64,000 nt of DNA from Aquificaceae bacterium (GTDB lineage: Bacteria; Aquificota; Aquificia; Aquificales; Aquificaceae): the NCBI GenBank assembly GCA_037924335.1, contig JAXSMZ010000004.1, forward strand, positions 1 through 64,000, read 5' to 3'. The notes under the pieces were generated by a model. That model saw only the letters and a program-made list of their open reading frames with translations, ran no database searches and was not told the origin of the DNA. Shown here in pieces: positions 10,074-19,452 of the stretch (position 1 is its first letter; every line of letters begins with the position of its first letter). A program made the position numbers and the translations under genes.

Positions 10074-10490
10074 TCAAAGGATCTCTATATTAAATTCGAT
10101 GGGTGCTACCTTGTTTATCATGTAAGCTATGGAACACGTTCCAGGTTCGTATATGGTCTTTTCGAGAGCCTTTTCCACATCCTCTTTGGATACATGACCT
10201 TTTACCTTCACAAATAGATATATTTTAGTAAAAACCTTAGGATAGCCTTCCGTTATCCTCTCTGCATCCGTCTCTATCTGTATATGCTCCGTGTGCTTTC
10301 CCTCTTTGTGAAGAGCTTCGTAAAGATGTATGCCTACACAGCCAGCTATTGAATGGAAGAGTAGCTCAGGAGGTCTTACGCCTCTTCCCTTCCCGCCAAC
10401 GTAAGAAGCAGCATCTATTGGTACTTCTCTTCCAGACTCTCCTATGCCCACAAAGTGAAAGTCTTCCCTTTGCTCTACCTTAACTTTCAT
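10074..10490 (-). CDS. OsmC/Ohr family protein (YhfA-like)
   Basis: G.RPPELL..SIAGC and a second Cys in CSI. Confidence 0.85.
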   Translation of the reverse strand: MKVKVEQREDFHFVGIGESGREVPIDAASYVGGKGRGVRPPELLFHSIAGCVGIHLYEALHKEGKHTEHIQIETDAERITEGYPKVFTKIYLFVKVKGHVSKEDVEKALEKTIYEPGTCSIAYMINKVAPIEFNIEIL

Positions 10491-10523
10491 AAAAAAACCT
10501 CCTTCAGATCGTTGGACTATTAA

Positions 10524-11576
10524 TTATATATCAAACCTTTTAGATGAGAAGGCATCAAAGTACTTGGACCTTTCTCCCTTCAGCAACAAATCGCTCAAAA
10601 GCTTTGCAGTTAAGGGTGCGTTAAGTATGCCGTTTCTGTAATGCCCAGTTACAACAGCATAGTTTTCTCCAAGTTCAAAGATGGGAAGGTCATCAGGAGT
10701 TGCTGGTCTGAAGCCTACAAGGGCTGAGATGAACTTAGAACTTTTCAACGATGGTACCAAACTGATGGCATTATGGGAAAGACCTCTCAATCCTTCAAGG
10801 CTTACACTACTATCAAAGCCTACATCTTCAGAAGTTGCACCAATGTAGAGGTACCTACTTCTTGGTATTAGATAGGAAATGCGAGAGTAAAGGACTCTAG
10901 GAAGGTTTGCTTCCTTAACCTTTATGGCTTGTCCCTTTATTGGTGAAATGGGTAAGTTGAAAAGCTCTTTCGTCCATGCACCAAGGGAGAAGATATAAAA
11001 ATCAGCTTTGTAAGAACCTTTAAGACCTTCTACGTTGCTTATCTTCCCATTCTCTTTATGCACCCTTATGACTTCATCTATGGAAAGCTCAACACCTAGC
11101 CTTTCCATGGAAAAAAGAAGAGCATCCATAAGCATCTGTGCATCTACCCATCCCTCTTCCTTGTAATGTATAACGCAAAGTATTCCATCGGAGATCCAAG
11201 GGAAAAAGTCCTTTATATTATCTCTGTACTCCTCAAGCGATACCCCAAGCCTTGAATGTTTTTTAACCAAATCAAAAATATGCTCTTCATCCTTTAAAAG
11301 GACTCTGTTTATACCATCCTGCCAAAAGTCTATCCTTTGATTGGACACGTCTCTCAAAAGGCCCAAAAAGGTGGGGAAAGCTTTGAGGCTCTCGTAAGAG
11401 AATTCAAAAAGCTCACCCTCTAGCCCTTCAGAAAAGGGAGCAAGCATACCACCAGCTACCCACGAGGTAGCTTCCTCAGGGTTTCTTGTTATTAGCTTCA
11501 CCTTAGCACCAGACAGAGAAAGCATAAAAGCACTGCTCAAACCAACAACACCGCTTCCTATAACGAGGATCTTCAT
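10524..11576 (-). CDS. thiO: Glycine oxidase ThiO
   Basis: GSGVVG FAD motif, AGGMLAP, GFRP..PD, GHYRNGIL. Confidence 0.9.
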   Translation of the reverse strand: MKILVIGSGVVGLSSAFMLSLSGAKVKLITRNPEEATSWVAGGMLAPFSEGLEGELFEFSYESLKAFPTFLGLLRDVSNQRIDFWQDGINRVLLKDEEHIFDLVKKHSRLGVSLEEYRDNIKDFFPWISDGILCVIHYKEEGWVDAQMLMDALLFSMERLGVELSIDEVIRVHKENGKISNVEGLKGSYKADFYIFSLGAWTKELFNLPISPIKGQAIKVKEANLPRVLYSRISYLIPRSRYLYIGATSEDVGFDSSVSLEGLRGLSHNAISLVPSLKSSKFISALVGFRPATPDDLPIFELGENYAVVTGHYRNGILNAPLTAKLLSDLLLKGERSKYFDAFSSKRFDI

Positions 11577-11602
11577 TATGTATTAGAATATATTTCATTA
11601 GA

Positions 11603-12694
11603 ATGGAAAGCATAAGCTCCCTCAGAAAAGAGATAGACAGGATAGACGAGCAGATACTAAAACTTTTGAATGAAAGGCTCAGCATTGCCCAAAGGATAGG
11701 TGAGCTTAAAAAGGCAATGGGAGTTCACATTCATGCACCAGAAAGGGAGAGGGAGGTCATTGAAAGACTAACAAAGCTTAACAAAGAGTTATACGGTGGA
11801 AGGTTCCCTGAGGAAGCCCTCTTTCATATATACAGAGAGATAATGTCTGCATGCCTTTCTTTGGAGAAGGTTCATAAAGTGGCTTACCTTGGACCCAAGT
11901 CTACCTTTACTCATCAGGCAGCCCTTGAGTACTTTGGCTTCTCCGCAGAGTACATACCAATGAGCACCATAAAAGATGTTTTCAATGAAGTGGAGCTTGG
12001 AAGAGTAGACTACGGAATAGTTCCAGTGGAGAACACTATAGAGGGGGTTGTGAATTATACCCTTGATATGTTCTTAGAGTCCAACTTAAAGATAGTTGGT
12101 GAAGTAGTTACGCCCATAAGGCTACATCTTCTTTCCAACCTTTCTGACATAAAACAGGTAAAGAAGGTCTTTTCTCATAAACATGCCATCGCCCAGTGTA
12201 GAAACTGGATAGAGAAGAACTTGCCTAATGTGCAGATAATTGAGACAGAAAGTACAGCAAAGGCGTGCGAGATGATCTTAGAGATGGATGATTCAGCAGC
12301 CATTGCAAGCGAGGTGGCTTCCTATACCTACCATCTTAACATACTGGCGGAGAACATACAGGACAGTGCCAACAACTTTACAAGGTTTCTTGTGATAGGA
12401 AACAGGGAGGTTAAAAGAACTGGAAGGGATAAAACAAGCTTGATACTCGCAGTAAAGAATGAACCAGGAGACCTTTATAAGACTTTGGAAAGTTTCTATG
12501 TGTACGGTGTGAACTTGACAAAGATAGAATCAAGACCATCGAGGAAAAAACCTTGGGATTATGTGTTTTTTGTTGACTTAGATGGTCATATAGAGGATGA
12601 AAACGTCAAAAGAGCCATTGAGGAGCTTATGAAAGAAAACAGAATAATAAAGATACTTGGTTCTTATCCAAAGGCATTATTTGAAGAGGGCTAA
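11603..12694 (+). CDS. pheA: Chorismate mutase/prephenate dehydratase
   Basis: LRKEIDRID chorismate mutase domain, PVENT, NFTRF, ACT-domain ESRP. Confidence 0.97.
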   Translation: MESISSLRKEIDRIDEQILKLLNERLSIAQRIGELKKAMGVHIHAPEREREVIERLTKLNKELYGGRFPEEALFHIYREIMSACLSLEKVHKVAYLGPKSTFTHQAALEYFGFSAEYIPMSTIKDVFNEVELGRVDYGIVPVENTIEGVVNYTLDMFLESNLKIVGEVVTPIRLHLLSNLSDIKQVKKVFSHKHAIAQCRNWIEKNLPNVQIIETESTAKACEMILEMDDSAAIASEVASYTYHLNILAENIQDSANNFTRFLVIGNREVKRTGRDKTSLILAVKNEPGDLYKTLESFYVYGVNLTKIESRPSRKKPWDYVFFVDLDGHIEDENVKRAIEELMKENRIIKILGSYPKALFEEG

Positions 12695-13543
12695 GATGGT
12701 AAGTATCCTTCTCTTTTGCATCTCGCCAAGCTCAGGCTCTATGTGTTCATCGCCTATCTTTAGCCCAACTGGATAACCTTCCTTTATGAACTTTATGGTA
12801 AGGTATGCAAGCTTGGATATTCTCTCTTCTAAGGAGCCATCGACCAAATCAAGGGATAGTACTATGGGTTTTCTCTCTTCTGTGTAAGTGTCCTTTACGT
12901 ACAGGCTGCCTGTTTTGGCAGATGCTTTCCAATGTATGAGCTTAAAAGGTTCGCCTCTGTACTCTTTTATTCCATGTACCTCATCGTAACCCCTCTGTGT
13001 AGCACGGAGGTTAGCATATCCAGTCTTTTCTCCCTCATTCGTACCCATCTCAACGCTCGCTTCCGTTGGTTTTGGGAAAACTACAAGGTTAACCTTTACC
13101 GTGTGCGTGTAGTACCTCTCAAAAAGCCCAACTGGGAAGTTAGTACGAATGGTTATGTTTATCTTCTCGTAAAGACCCCTTTCGTCAAAGTAAAGAGAGA
13201 GACTTCCATATGACTTTCTAAATATGATGGGTATTGCCTCCGATGTTCCGTTGGACGATACGTATACGAGCAAGGAGGGTACCTTTTTCCTGTTTTCAAG
13301 GATGACCCTGAAGCTCTCATGCCTGCCAGCATAAACTTCTTGCGGGGGAATGACCTTCACGTCTATACCGTACAAGTTATAGAGGGAGAGGATACCAGAA
13401 ACAAGCATAAAGGACAACATCGCTGAAACTACAAGGTACAGCAGATTGTTTGCTGTGTTTACAGCGGCTATGCCAAAGAACACTGTTATGCCTATGAATA
13501 TTAGGCCAAATAAGTTAACCTTTACCCTGTATCTTCTCTTCAC
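12677..13543 (-). CDS. DUF58 family membrane protein
   Basis: [13 protein letters not shown] region, FPVGLF, EY.GE....IHWKASAK. Confidence 0.88.
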   Translation of the reverse strand: MKRRYRVKVNLFGLIFIGITVFFGIAAVNTANNLLYLVVSAMLSFMLVSGILSLYNLYGIDVKVIPPQEVYAGRHESFRVILENRKKVPSLLVYVSSNGTSEAIPIIFRKSYGSLSLYFDERGLYEKINITIRTNFPVGLFERYYTHTVKVNLVVFPKPTEASVEMGTNEGEKTGYANLRATQRGYDEVHGIKEYRGEPFKLIHWKASAKTGSLYVKDTYTEERKPIVLSLDLVDGSLEERISKLAYLTIKFIKEGYPVGLKIGDEHIEPELGEMQKRRILTILALFK

Positions 13544-14384
13544 CCTTAGTTAAAAGTTTAAACATTTCAAAGGGTATAGGAAGCACAACTGTGTTGCCTG
13601 GTTTTGTGCTGACTGTTTGGATAGTTTCTAAGTATCTAAGCTGTAGTGCAAGAGATTCAGAAGCCAGTATCTTTGCAGCATCTGCCAGTTTTTGTGCTGC
13701 TTGGTATTCAGCCTCAGCCGCTATAACCTTAGCTCTTCTTTCCCTTTCAGCTTCAGCCTGCCTTGCCATTGCACGCCTTAATTCCTCTGGAAGGTCTATC
13801 CTTTTTAACTCTACAGCCACTACCTTCACACCCCATGGGTCTGTCTGTCTGTCTATGATCTCTTGAAGAGTCAAATTGAGTTTTTCCCTCTCAGCTAAGA
13901 GTTCATCAAGCTCCACAGCACCGCATACGCTCCTTAGAGTGGTTTGAGCTATCTGAGATGTGGCATAGTAGTAGTTTTCTACTTCAACAACGGCTTTTAT
14001 GGGTTCAACTACCCTGAAGTAAACAACAGCATCAACGCTAACAGAAACGTTATCCCTTGTTATGATGTCCTGCGTAGGGACATCAAGGGTTACAGTTCTT
14101 AGGTCCATCTTTACCATTCTGTCTATTATTGGAATTAGGATAAAGATCCCAGGACCCTTTGCTCCTATAACCCTACCAAGCCTGAAGATAACAGCCCTCT
14201 GATACTCGGGTATGATCTTCAAACTGGCAACTAAGAAAACTATTACCAGTATTATTACCACAATAAGCGGTGAAGTTATCATAATAACACCCCCAAAAGT
14301 TTTTATAACATCCACACCAAAGATGGAAAGGAGCACAACTGCGAGAAAAAGTAAAAAAGGTAAAGCTTCCAATATTCCTCTCAT
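13515..14384 (-). CDS. SPFH/band-7 stomatin-like (slipin) protein
   Basis: [35 protein letters not shown]. Confidence 0.95.
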   Translation of the reverse strand: MRGILEALPFLLFLAVVLLSIFGVDVIKTFGGVIMITSPLIVVIILVIVFLVASLKIIPEYQRAVIFRLGRVIGAKGPGIFILIPIIDRMVKMDLRTVTLDVPTQDIITRDNVSVSVDAVVYFRVVEPIKAVVEVENYYYATSQIAQTTLRSVCGAVELDELLAEREKLNLTLQEIIDRQTDPWGVKVVAVELKRIDLPEELRRAMARQAEAERERRAKVIAAEAEYQAAQKLADAAKILASESLALQLRYLETIQTVSTKPGNTVVLPIPFEMFKLLTKGEEKIQGKG

Positions 14385-14410
14385 ACGCTTTTATTATATA
14401 ATTTTCCACC

Positions 14411-14623
14411 ATGAAGGTTAGAGTATTGATACTTCCCAAAAAAGGACTTTTGGACCCAGAGGGAAGAGCTATCAAGGAGATGCTTTTGGAGAACGGATAC
14501 AGGGTGAAAAACGTAAAGGTTGGTAAAGTCTTAGAGATGGATGTGGAAGAGGACACTGATATAAAAGAGCTTGTGGAGAAGTTCCTTGTCAACCCCCTCA
14601 TCGAGGAGTATGTTTTGGAATGA
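14411..14623 (+). CDS. purS: FGAM synthase subunit PurS
   Basis: LDPEG.A, VGK, LVNP.IEEY; upstream of purQ. Confidence 0.93.
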   Translation: MKVRVLILPKKGLLDPEGRAIKEMLLENGYRVKNVKVGKVLEMDVEEDTDIKELVEKFLVNPLIEEYVLE

Positions 14624-15300
14624 AGTTTGGTGTTTGTGTTTTTCCAGGTTCCAACTGCGATTATGATGTTTACTACGTGATAAGGGACATACTGGGTCAG
14701 AATGTAGAGTTTTTGTACTACAAGCAGACAGAAATAAACGGTTTTGACTGTGTTATCTTACCTGGAGGTTTTTCTTTTGGAGATTACTTGAGGGCTGGAG
14801 CTTTGGCTAGCAAAACGCCTTTGGCTTATGCTATACAGGATTTTGCAAGTAGGGGAGGGCTTGTTTTTGGTATATGCAACGGTTTTCAGATACTTACAGA
14901 GCTTCACCTACTACCCGGAGCTTTGCTAAAGAACGATAACCTGAGGTTCGTATGTAAGGATGTTCATATCAGGGTAGAGAGTAACAAGTCAATGTTTACA
15001 AAGAAGATAGAAAAGAAGGAAGTGCTTACCATTCCAATAGCCCATGAGGAAGGGAGATACTATGTGCCCCAAGAAGTTCTCAGGGAAATGGAGGATAATG
15101 GTCAAATAGTCCTTAGATATTGCGATGAAGAGGGAAACATAACAGAAAATGCAAATCCTAACGGTTCTGTAAGCAATATAGCCGGTGTGTGCAACAGAGA
15201 AGGAAACGTATTTGGGATGATGCCACATCCAGAGAGGGCAAGCGAAGATGTACTCGATTCCCACGATGGGCTTTTGCTTTGGTATTCTCTTATAAACTGA
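14620..15300 (+). CDS. purQ: FGAM synthase glutaminase subunit PurQ
   Basis: FPGSNCD, GGFSFGDYLR, GICNGFQ, MMPHPER. Confidence 0.97.
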   Translation: MKFGVCVFPGSNCDYDVYYVIRDILGQNVEFLYYKQTEINGFDCVILPGGFSFGDYLRAGALASKTPLAYAIQDFASRGGLVFGICNGFQILTELHLLPGALLKNDNLRFVCKDVHIRVESNKSMFTKKIEKKEVLTIPIAHEEGRYYVPQEVLREMEDNGQIVLRYCDEEGNITENANPNGSVSNIAGVCNREGNVFGMMPHPERASEDVLDSHDGLLLWYSLIN

Positions 15301-15304
15301 CCGA

Positions 15305-16150
15305 TCACTTACCAACTACCATAACAGCACCAGGTCTTTTTATCCTGGGAACAAGGATCTCCATGACCCTAAATTGGTGAACCATGTTAACAGTTTCTGT
15401 ATAAGCCAAGCTCATGTCTAAACTTACAACTATATCCATGTTTTGTGGGCCTGAGGACACGAGAATAGCTTTATCCTGTGGGACTATAGGCGTATAGAAA
15501 ACATCGGCCACTACCTTCTTTATCTGTTCTAATTCCAAAAGCCCTGTATTGTGATAAACTCTGTTAAGCTGAAAGTATTGTTTAGGATTCAAAAGCAGAT
15601 AATATGGTCCAAAAAATCCGCTCTCAGATAGTTTGGCAATTCCCAAGGACACATCGTTGAAGGCATTCCCCAAAACTTCCCAATCGCTCATAGACATGGT
15701 TTGTCTTCCCTCTACAGTGAGGAGTCCCTCAATACCTAACTTTTTGTTTCCATGAATGATGAGCGTGTCTTCTGCTACTGCGGTGGCAAAGGATGCTGAT
15801 GCTGCCGCCGAAGTGTCCATAGGTATGTTAAACTGCCTCCAGTACTCTAAATCTCTCCAGCTTACAGTAAAGGGTTTGTATATTGTAGGCAGTACAATAT
15901 GCTTCCTCGTACCAGTTCTCACCGGTTCACATATTTGGCTCTCCTCACCGGGCTTTACTTCACAGCTCCCTGGCTCCACACCCAAAAAGACATCGTAGGA
16001 TATGACCTGATGTCCAGCGCCCAATGGACCAACAACTGGCATAAACCTCCTGCACACTAACGTCTTCTTTGCTATATTCAATATTGTCTCTTCCAAAACA
16101 TTCCACTCTTGCTCACTCAAGGGTGATAGGTCTCTTCCTAAAAAATCCAT
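15305..16150 (-). CDS. Family 1 encapsulin shell protein (Linocin M18-like)
   Basis: MDFLGRDLSPLS..W start, RRF.PV.GP.GAG, AED..I..G, GPY.L; GGAGG RBS. Confidence 0.9.
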   Translation of the reverse strand: MDFLGRDLSPLSEQEWNVLEETILNIAKKTLVCRRFMPVVGPLGAGHQVISYDVFLGVEPGSCEVKPGEESQICEPVRTGTRKHIVLPTIYKPFTVSWRDLEYWRQFNIPMDTSAAASASFATAVAEDTLIIHGNKKLGIEGLLTVEGRQTMSMSDWEVLGNAFNDVSLGIAKLSESGFFGPYYLLLNPKQYFQLNRVYHNTGLLELEQIKKVVADVFYTPIVPQDKAILVSSGPQNMDIVVSLDMSLAYTETVNMVHQFRVMEILVPRIKRPGAVMVVGK

Positions 16151-17264
16151 CCTTCTTACCTCCTATATTATAATAAGTTTCCTTGATAAACTCCCTTAAA
16201 AAATAGAACCATCCTTTTGTGTACACGTTTTTGTATTTCCTTTCCCCTTTCAAGATCCCGTAATAGCTCCTGAGAAAGCCACCTTTCCCCATACTGTAGG
16301 CTATCCTTTGGAATCTGTACGCGACCCTTGCTATCTTTCCCGCGTACACAAGCTCAGAAACTATATCCCTTAGTAGGTTTCTGTAAAGTTTTATAGCTTT
16401 TGATGGTTCTTTCTCTATAGCCTCTGAAAGCAAAAGACCACTCAGTACTGCATAATAGATACCCTCTCCCAGAAGAGGGTCTGCTAAGTTTGCTGCATCG
16501 CCAACAAGCAAAACTCTCTCAGAACCGTAATGTACATCCTTTTCACTCTCTGCATAAGGTATGTGCCAACCATAGACCCTTGTCTTGTACTTTAAATTCC
16601 TTCTCTCTGCGTAAGCTTTCAAAAGGCTCAAAAGGTTCTCCTTCCCTGCGCTTGCCAATCCTACACTCAGCATATGACCTTTTGGGAAGATCCAGGCATA
16701 ACCCTTTTCCACAATACCTATATCAATGATAACTTTATCCTTTAACTCTCCAGTTGTAAAGAACTCTAAAGCTCTGAAAAATTTGGACTTTTTAAAGCCA
16801 AGAACCTTTGAAACTTTTGAGTGGAAACCATCAGCACCCACAATAAAATCGGCAAAGAAAGCACCCCTTGAAGTATAGACCTTGTACTTTCCCAGACTTT
16901 TTTCAAAACTCAAGAATTCAGTTTCTTCGAGAAACTGGACCCCCTTTTCTTGAGCACACCTTGCAAAGGAAGCATCAAACTGGGGTCTATCCACTATGTA
17001 AGCTACTGTTTCATTGGATGGGGTTTCAACCCCTCCATTACCCATGTATCCAAGAATTCCAGAGTTTACTCTGTTCAGCACAAGCCCTTCCCAACCTTTT
17101 GGTAAAAGCTTTTCCACTCTTCTTGATAGACATCCTGCACAGAGCTTAAAGCGTGGTAGTTTGTTTTTTTCTAAGAGCAATACCTTAAGTCCCTTTTGAG
17201 AAAGATAAAAAGCACAGGAAGAGCCAGCAGGCCCCCCACCTACTACAACGACATCATAATTCAT
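16113..17264 (-). CDS. Geranylgeranyl reductase-family FAD oxidoreductase
   Basis: GGGPAGS, PRFKLCAG, GADG, GYAWIFPK, GDAA..DPLLGEGI. Confidence 0.9.
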   Translation of the reverse strand: MNYDVVVVGGGPAGSSCAFYLSQKGLKVLLLEKNKLPRFKLCAGCLSRRVEKLLPKGWEGLVLNRVNSGILGYMGNGGVETPSNETVAYIVDRPQFDASFARCAQEKGVQFLEETEFLSFEKSLGKYKVYTSRGAFFADFIVGADGFHSKVSKVLGFKKSKFFRALEFFTTGELKDKVIIDIGIVEKGYAWIFPKGHMLSVGLASAGKENLLSLLKAYAERRNLKYKTRVYGWHIPYAESEKDVHYGSERVLLVGDAANLADPLLGEGIYYAVLSGLLLSEAIEKEPSKAIKLYRNLLRDIVSELVYAGKIARVAYRFQRIAYSMGKGGFLRSYYGILKGERKYKNVYTKGWFYFLREFIKETYYNIGGKKDGFFRKRPITLE

Positions 17265-17280
17265 AAGAATAGTTTAGCAC

Positions 17281-17559
17281 TCAATCCTCCTTACCATAGT
17301 ACTTTGTGAGATAGTCAACTATGGCTGGCACATCCTCTGGTTTTATAGGAGCTCCCATTACTTTTATCATCTTGTTTACGCTTGCCTCCCACCCCTTTCT
17401 GTTAAGGAAGGGCGAGTTCATCTGTATGTAGTCAAGGCTATGACAGACAGAGCAGTTGGCTTCAACAAGAGCCTTACCTTTACCTTCCTTTAACTTTATG
17501 CTTTCTTCACCAGCAAAAGAAAAAGCTACTATTAGGACTATGAAAAAAAGTTTTCTCAT
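17281..17559 (-). CDS. sorB: SorB-like monohaem cytochrome c
   Basis: Signal peptide, CSVCHSLDY, KM...MGAP; downstream of sorA. Confidence 0.88.
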   Translation of the reverse strand: MRKLFFIVLIVAFSFAGEESIKLKEGKGKALVEANCSVCHSLDYIQMNSPFLNRKGWEASVNKMIKVMGAPIKPEDVPAIVDYLTKYYGKED

Positions 17560-17571
17560 CTTTATACCTCC

Positions 17572-18819
17572 CTAAAGAACCTTTACGGTAATCTTCTGAA
17601 CTACGTTGTGATGATAGCCTGCTGGGTTCCATATGAGCTCAAAGGTTTGAGTCTGTCCTATGCGGTTTGTTGCCTTTGCCATGATGGTATAAGTTCCTCT
17701 CTTTGCAGGTTTAAACCTGTATGTCCACTGTCTCCAAGAGAACCTTCCATAGTCTTTGCCAAGTTCAGCATCTTTCCATGTTCTCCCGCCATCCGTTGAA
17801 ATCTCAACAGTCTTTATACCGTAGCCACCATCCCACGCCATTCCCTTCACTTCCACCATCTGACCCAGTCTGAAGGTTTGCCCATCGTTTATATTCGTGA
17901 TGAGCGAATTGACCACAATTTCAGTTATGGGTGTGTTTGTTACTGTCTCTTGGGATACGAACCTATCTACCATGGGAAACTTGCCAAGGGGTAGCCTGTA
18001 GGCCGTTTTCATCCAGAAACCGTCATAGGGTCTTGAAACTACGTCTATTGATGTTATATGTTTCATCCAGTAGGTAGCTGTCCATCCTGGTACCACAAGT
18101 CTTGCGGGAAAGCCGTTCCAATGAGGCAGAGGCTCTCCGTTCATCTCATAAGCTATTATGGTGTTTTCATCGAGAGCTTTCCAGACCGGTATGCTCTTTA
18201 TAAAGTCTGGTGTACCAGCAGCCACACCGGAATCTGCACCGTCAAGAATAACCTCAAGAGCACCAGCCTTTAGGCCTGCCTTGTTGAGAATATCCTTCAA
18301 TCTTACCCCTTTCCATTTGGCATTACCCATAGCACCGTATCCCCATTCAATGCCTGGTACATGAGGTTTCATAAGACCCCTTCTGTTTCCAGAACATTGA
18401 CATAGAGCCACAAGCTCAACCTGCTCAAACTTGGTCTTTAGGTCTTCCAAAGTAAGTTCTAAAGGCCTTTCAACGGAGTCTCCACCAACCTTTAACCTCC
18501 ACTCTTTTTCACTTACCTGTGGTATGTTGGAAAGGTGATACCTGATAAAAAATACATCGTTCGGTGTGAAGACCTCGTTAAAGTACTTGACTGGCATCTC
18601 ATAGTTTGGTGGTCTGTAAGTTTTCTTTATAAGCGGTTTTTTACCGGAAATAGCTTCAAGAGTTTGTTCTTCAATAGTTCCTTCTGGGAGTTCCTTTACT
18701 GCAGTGCTAAGAAGTGATGGGTCAACAGTGGCAAGGGCAAGCTTTGGTATCAGTAAGCCACCACCGGTTGCAACAAAACCTCCCACGCTACCTTTGATAA
18801 AGCTTCTTCGGCTTAGCAT
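17572..18819 (-). CDS. sorA: Sulfite:cytochrome c oxidoreductase molybdoprotein
   Basis: Tat signal SRRSFIK, FFIRYH, CSGNRR Mo-ligand Cys, NGFP.RLVVPGW, WNPAGY; start placed at MLSRR by RBS. Confidence 0.9.
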   Translation of the reverse strand: MLSRRSFIKGSVGGFVATGGGLLIPKLALATVDPSLLSTAVKELPEGTIEEQTLEAISGKKPLIKKTYRPPNYEMPVKYFNEVFTPNDVFFIRYHLSNIPQVSEKEWRLKVGGDSVERPLELTLEDLKTKFEQVELVALCQCSGNRRGLMKPHVPGIEWGYGAMGNAKWKGVRLKDILNKAGLKAGALEVILDGADSGVAAGTPDFIKSIPVWKALDENTIIAYEMNGEPLPHWNGFPARLVVPGWTATYWMKHITSIDVVSRPYDGFWMKTAYRLPLGKFPMVDRFVSQETVTNTPITEIVVNSLITNINDGQTFRLGQMVEVKGMAWDGGYGIKTVEISTDGGRTWKDAELGKDYGRFSWRQWTYRFKPAKRGTYTIMAKATNRIGQTQTFELIWNPAGYHHNVVQKITVKVL

Positions 18820-18951
18820 TCTTAAACCTCCACTCTTCAAGTTTTATAAGATAAGAAAATAAGTTATCTAAGATTATATTGCAATAAAAAAAAGTTATAG
18901 GATTATTAATTTCATTTATGCCATTATTTTGTATGTTATTGACAATATTTA

Positions 18952-19331
18952 ATAGTTTCTCACCCTAAGGATAAGATTTCGCAGGCAAGGGGACTATAAG
19001 CTCCCTCGTGAACCGCAGAAGAACATTCTTACAGGTGAAAAACTGCCATCTATTACTCTTTTGAATATCCTGTTTATCTCTGTCTTCAAAAAGTGCTTTG
19101 CCCTCTTCCACAAAGACAAGTTTTAAATACCACTTGCCATCTTTCTTTAAAACCTCTATGTTAGAACACAGCTTCCAATCTCTGAAATAGTTATTGGAGA
19201 GGTTTTCAAGGAAGTCTAACTTGCCTGTGTTTGCAAAGTCCAGAGAGAAAAGCAAGCTTCTTTTAATGACACTCCGCACTGCTACATTTATCAATAGGTT
19301 TCTATAATTTCAGTGACTAGTTTCTAATACA
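18952..19331 (-). mobile_element. Internally deleted TnpB element, family A
   Basis: Left end TGTATTAGAAACTAGTCACTGAA shared with 55002; residual ORF with KKDGKWYLKL and the FTRELIVPLPAK tail shared with 55088-55291; 3' hairpins shared with 1-90. Confidence 0.75.
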
Positions 19332-19389
19332 TCCCTCAGAGTGTTTCAAAAAGCGGAGATGGTTATCATCCCCATACACCCCTTGACTT

Positions 19390-19403
19390 ATGATAAAAAT
19401 CAT
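19390..19403. promoter_or_regulatory. ATGAT-N4-ATCAT palindrome (putative CRP/FNR-family site)
   Basis: ATGATAAAAATCAT beside TTGACT; the motif recurs at 37859 and 58018, with a variant at 27838. Confidence 0.5.
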
Positions 19404-19452
19404 TTAAATTTATGGTATATTAACGTGAAATTTATCACAGGAGGTGCGTAGC

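Noticed and set aside
18965..19294. Functional mini-TnpB or Cas12f-like protein (also 55088-55291)
   Set aside because: Only disjoint fragments remain and the RuvC catalytic motifs are missing, so these are treated as deletion remnants.
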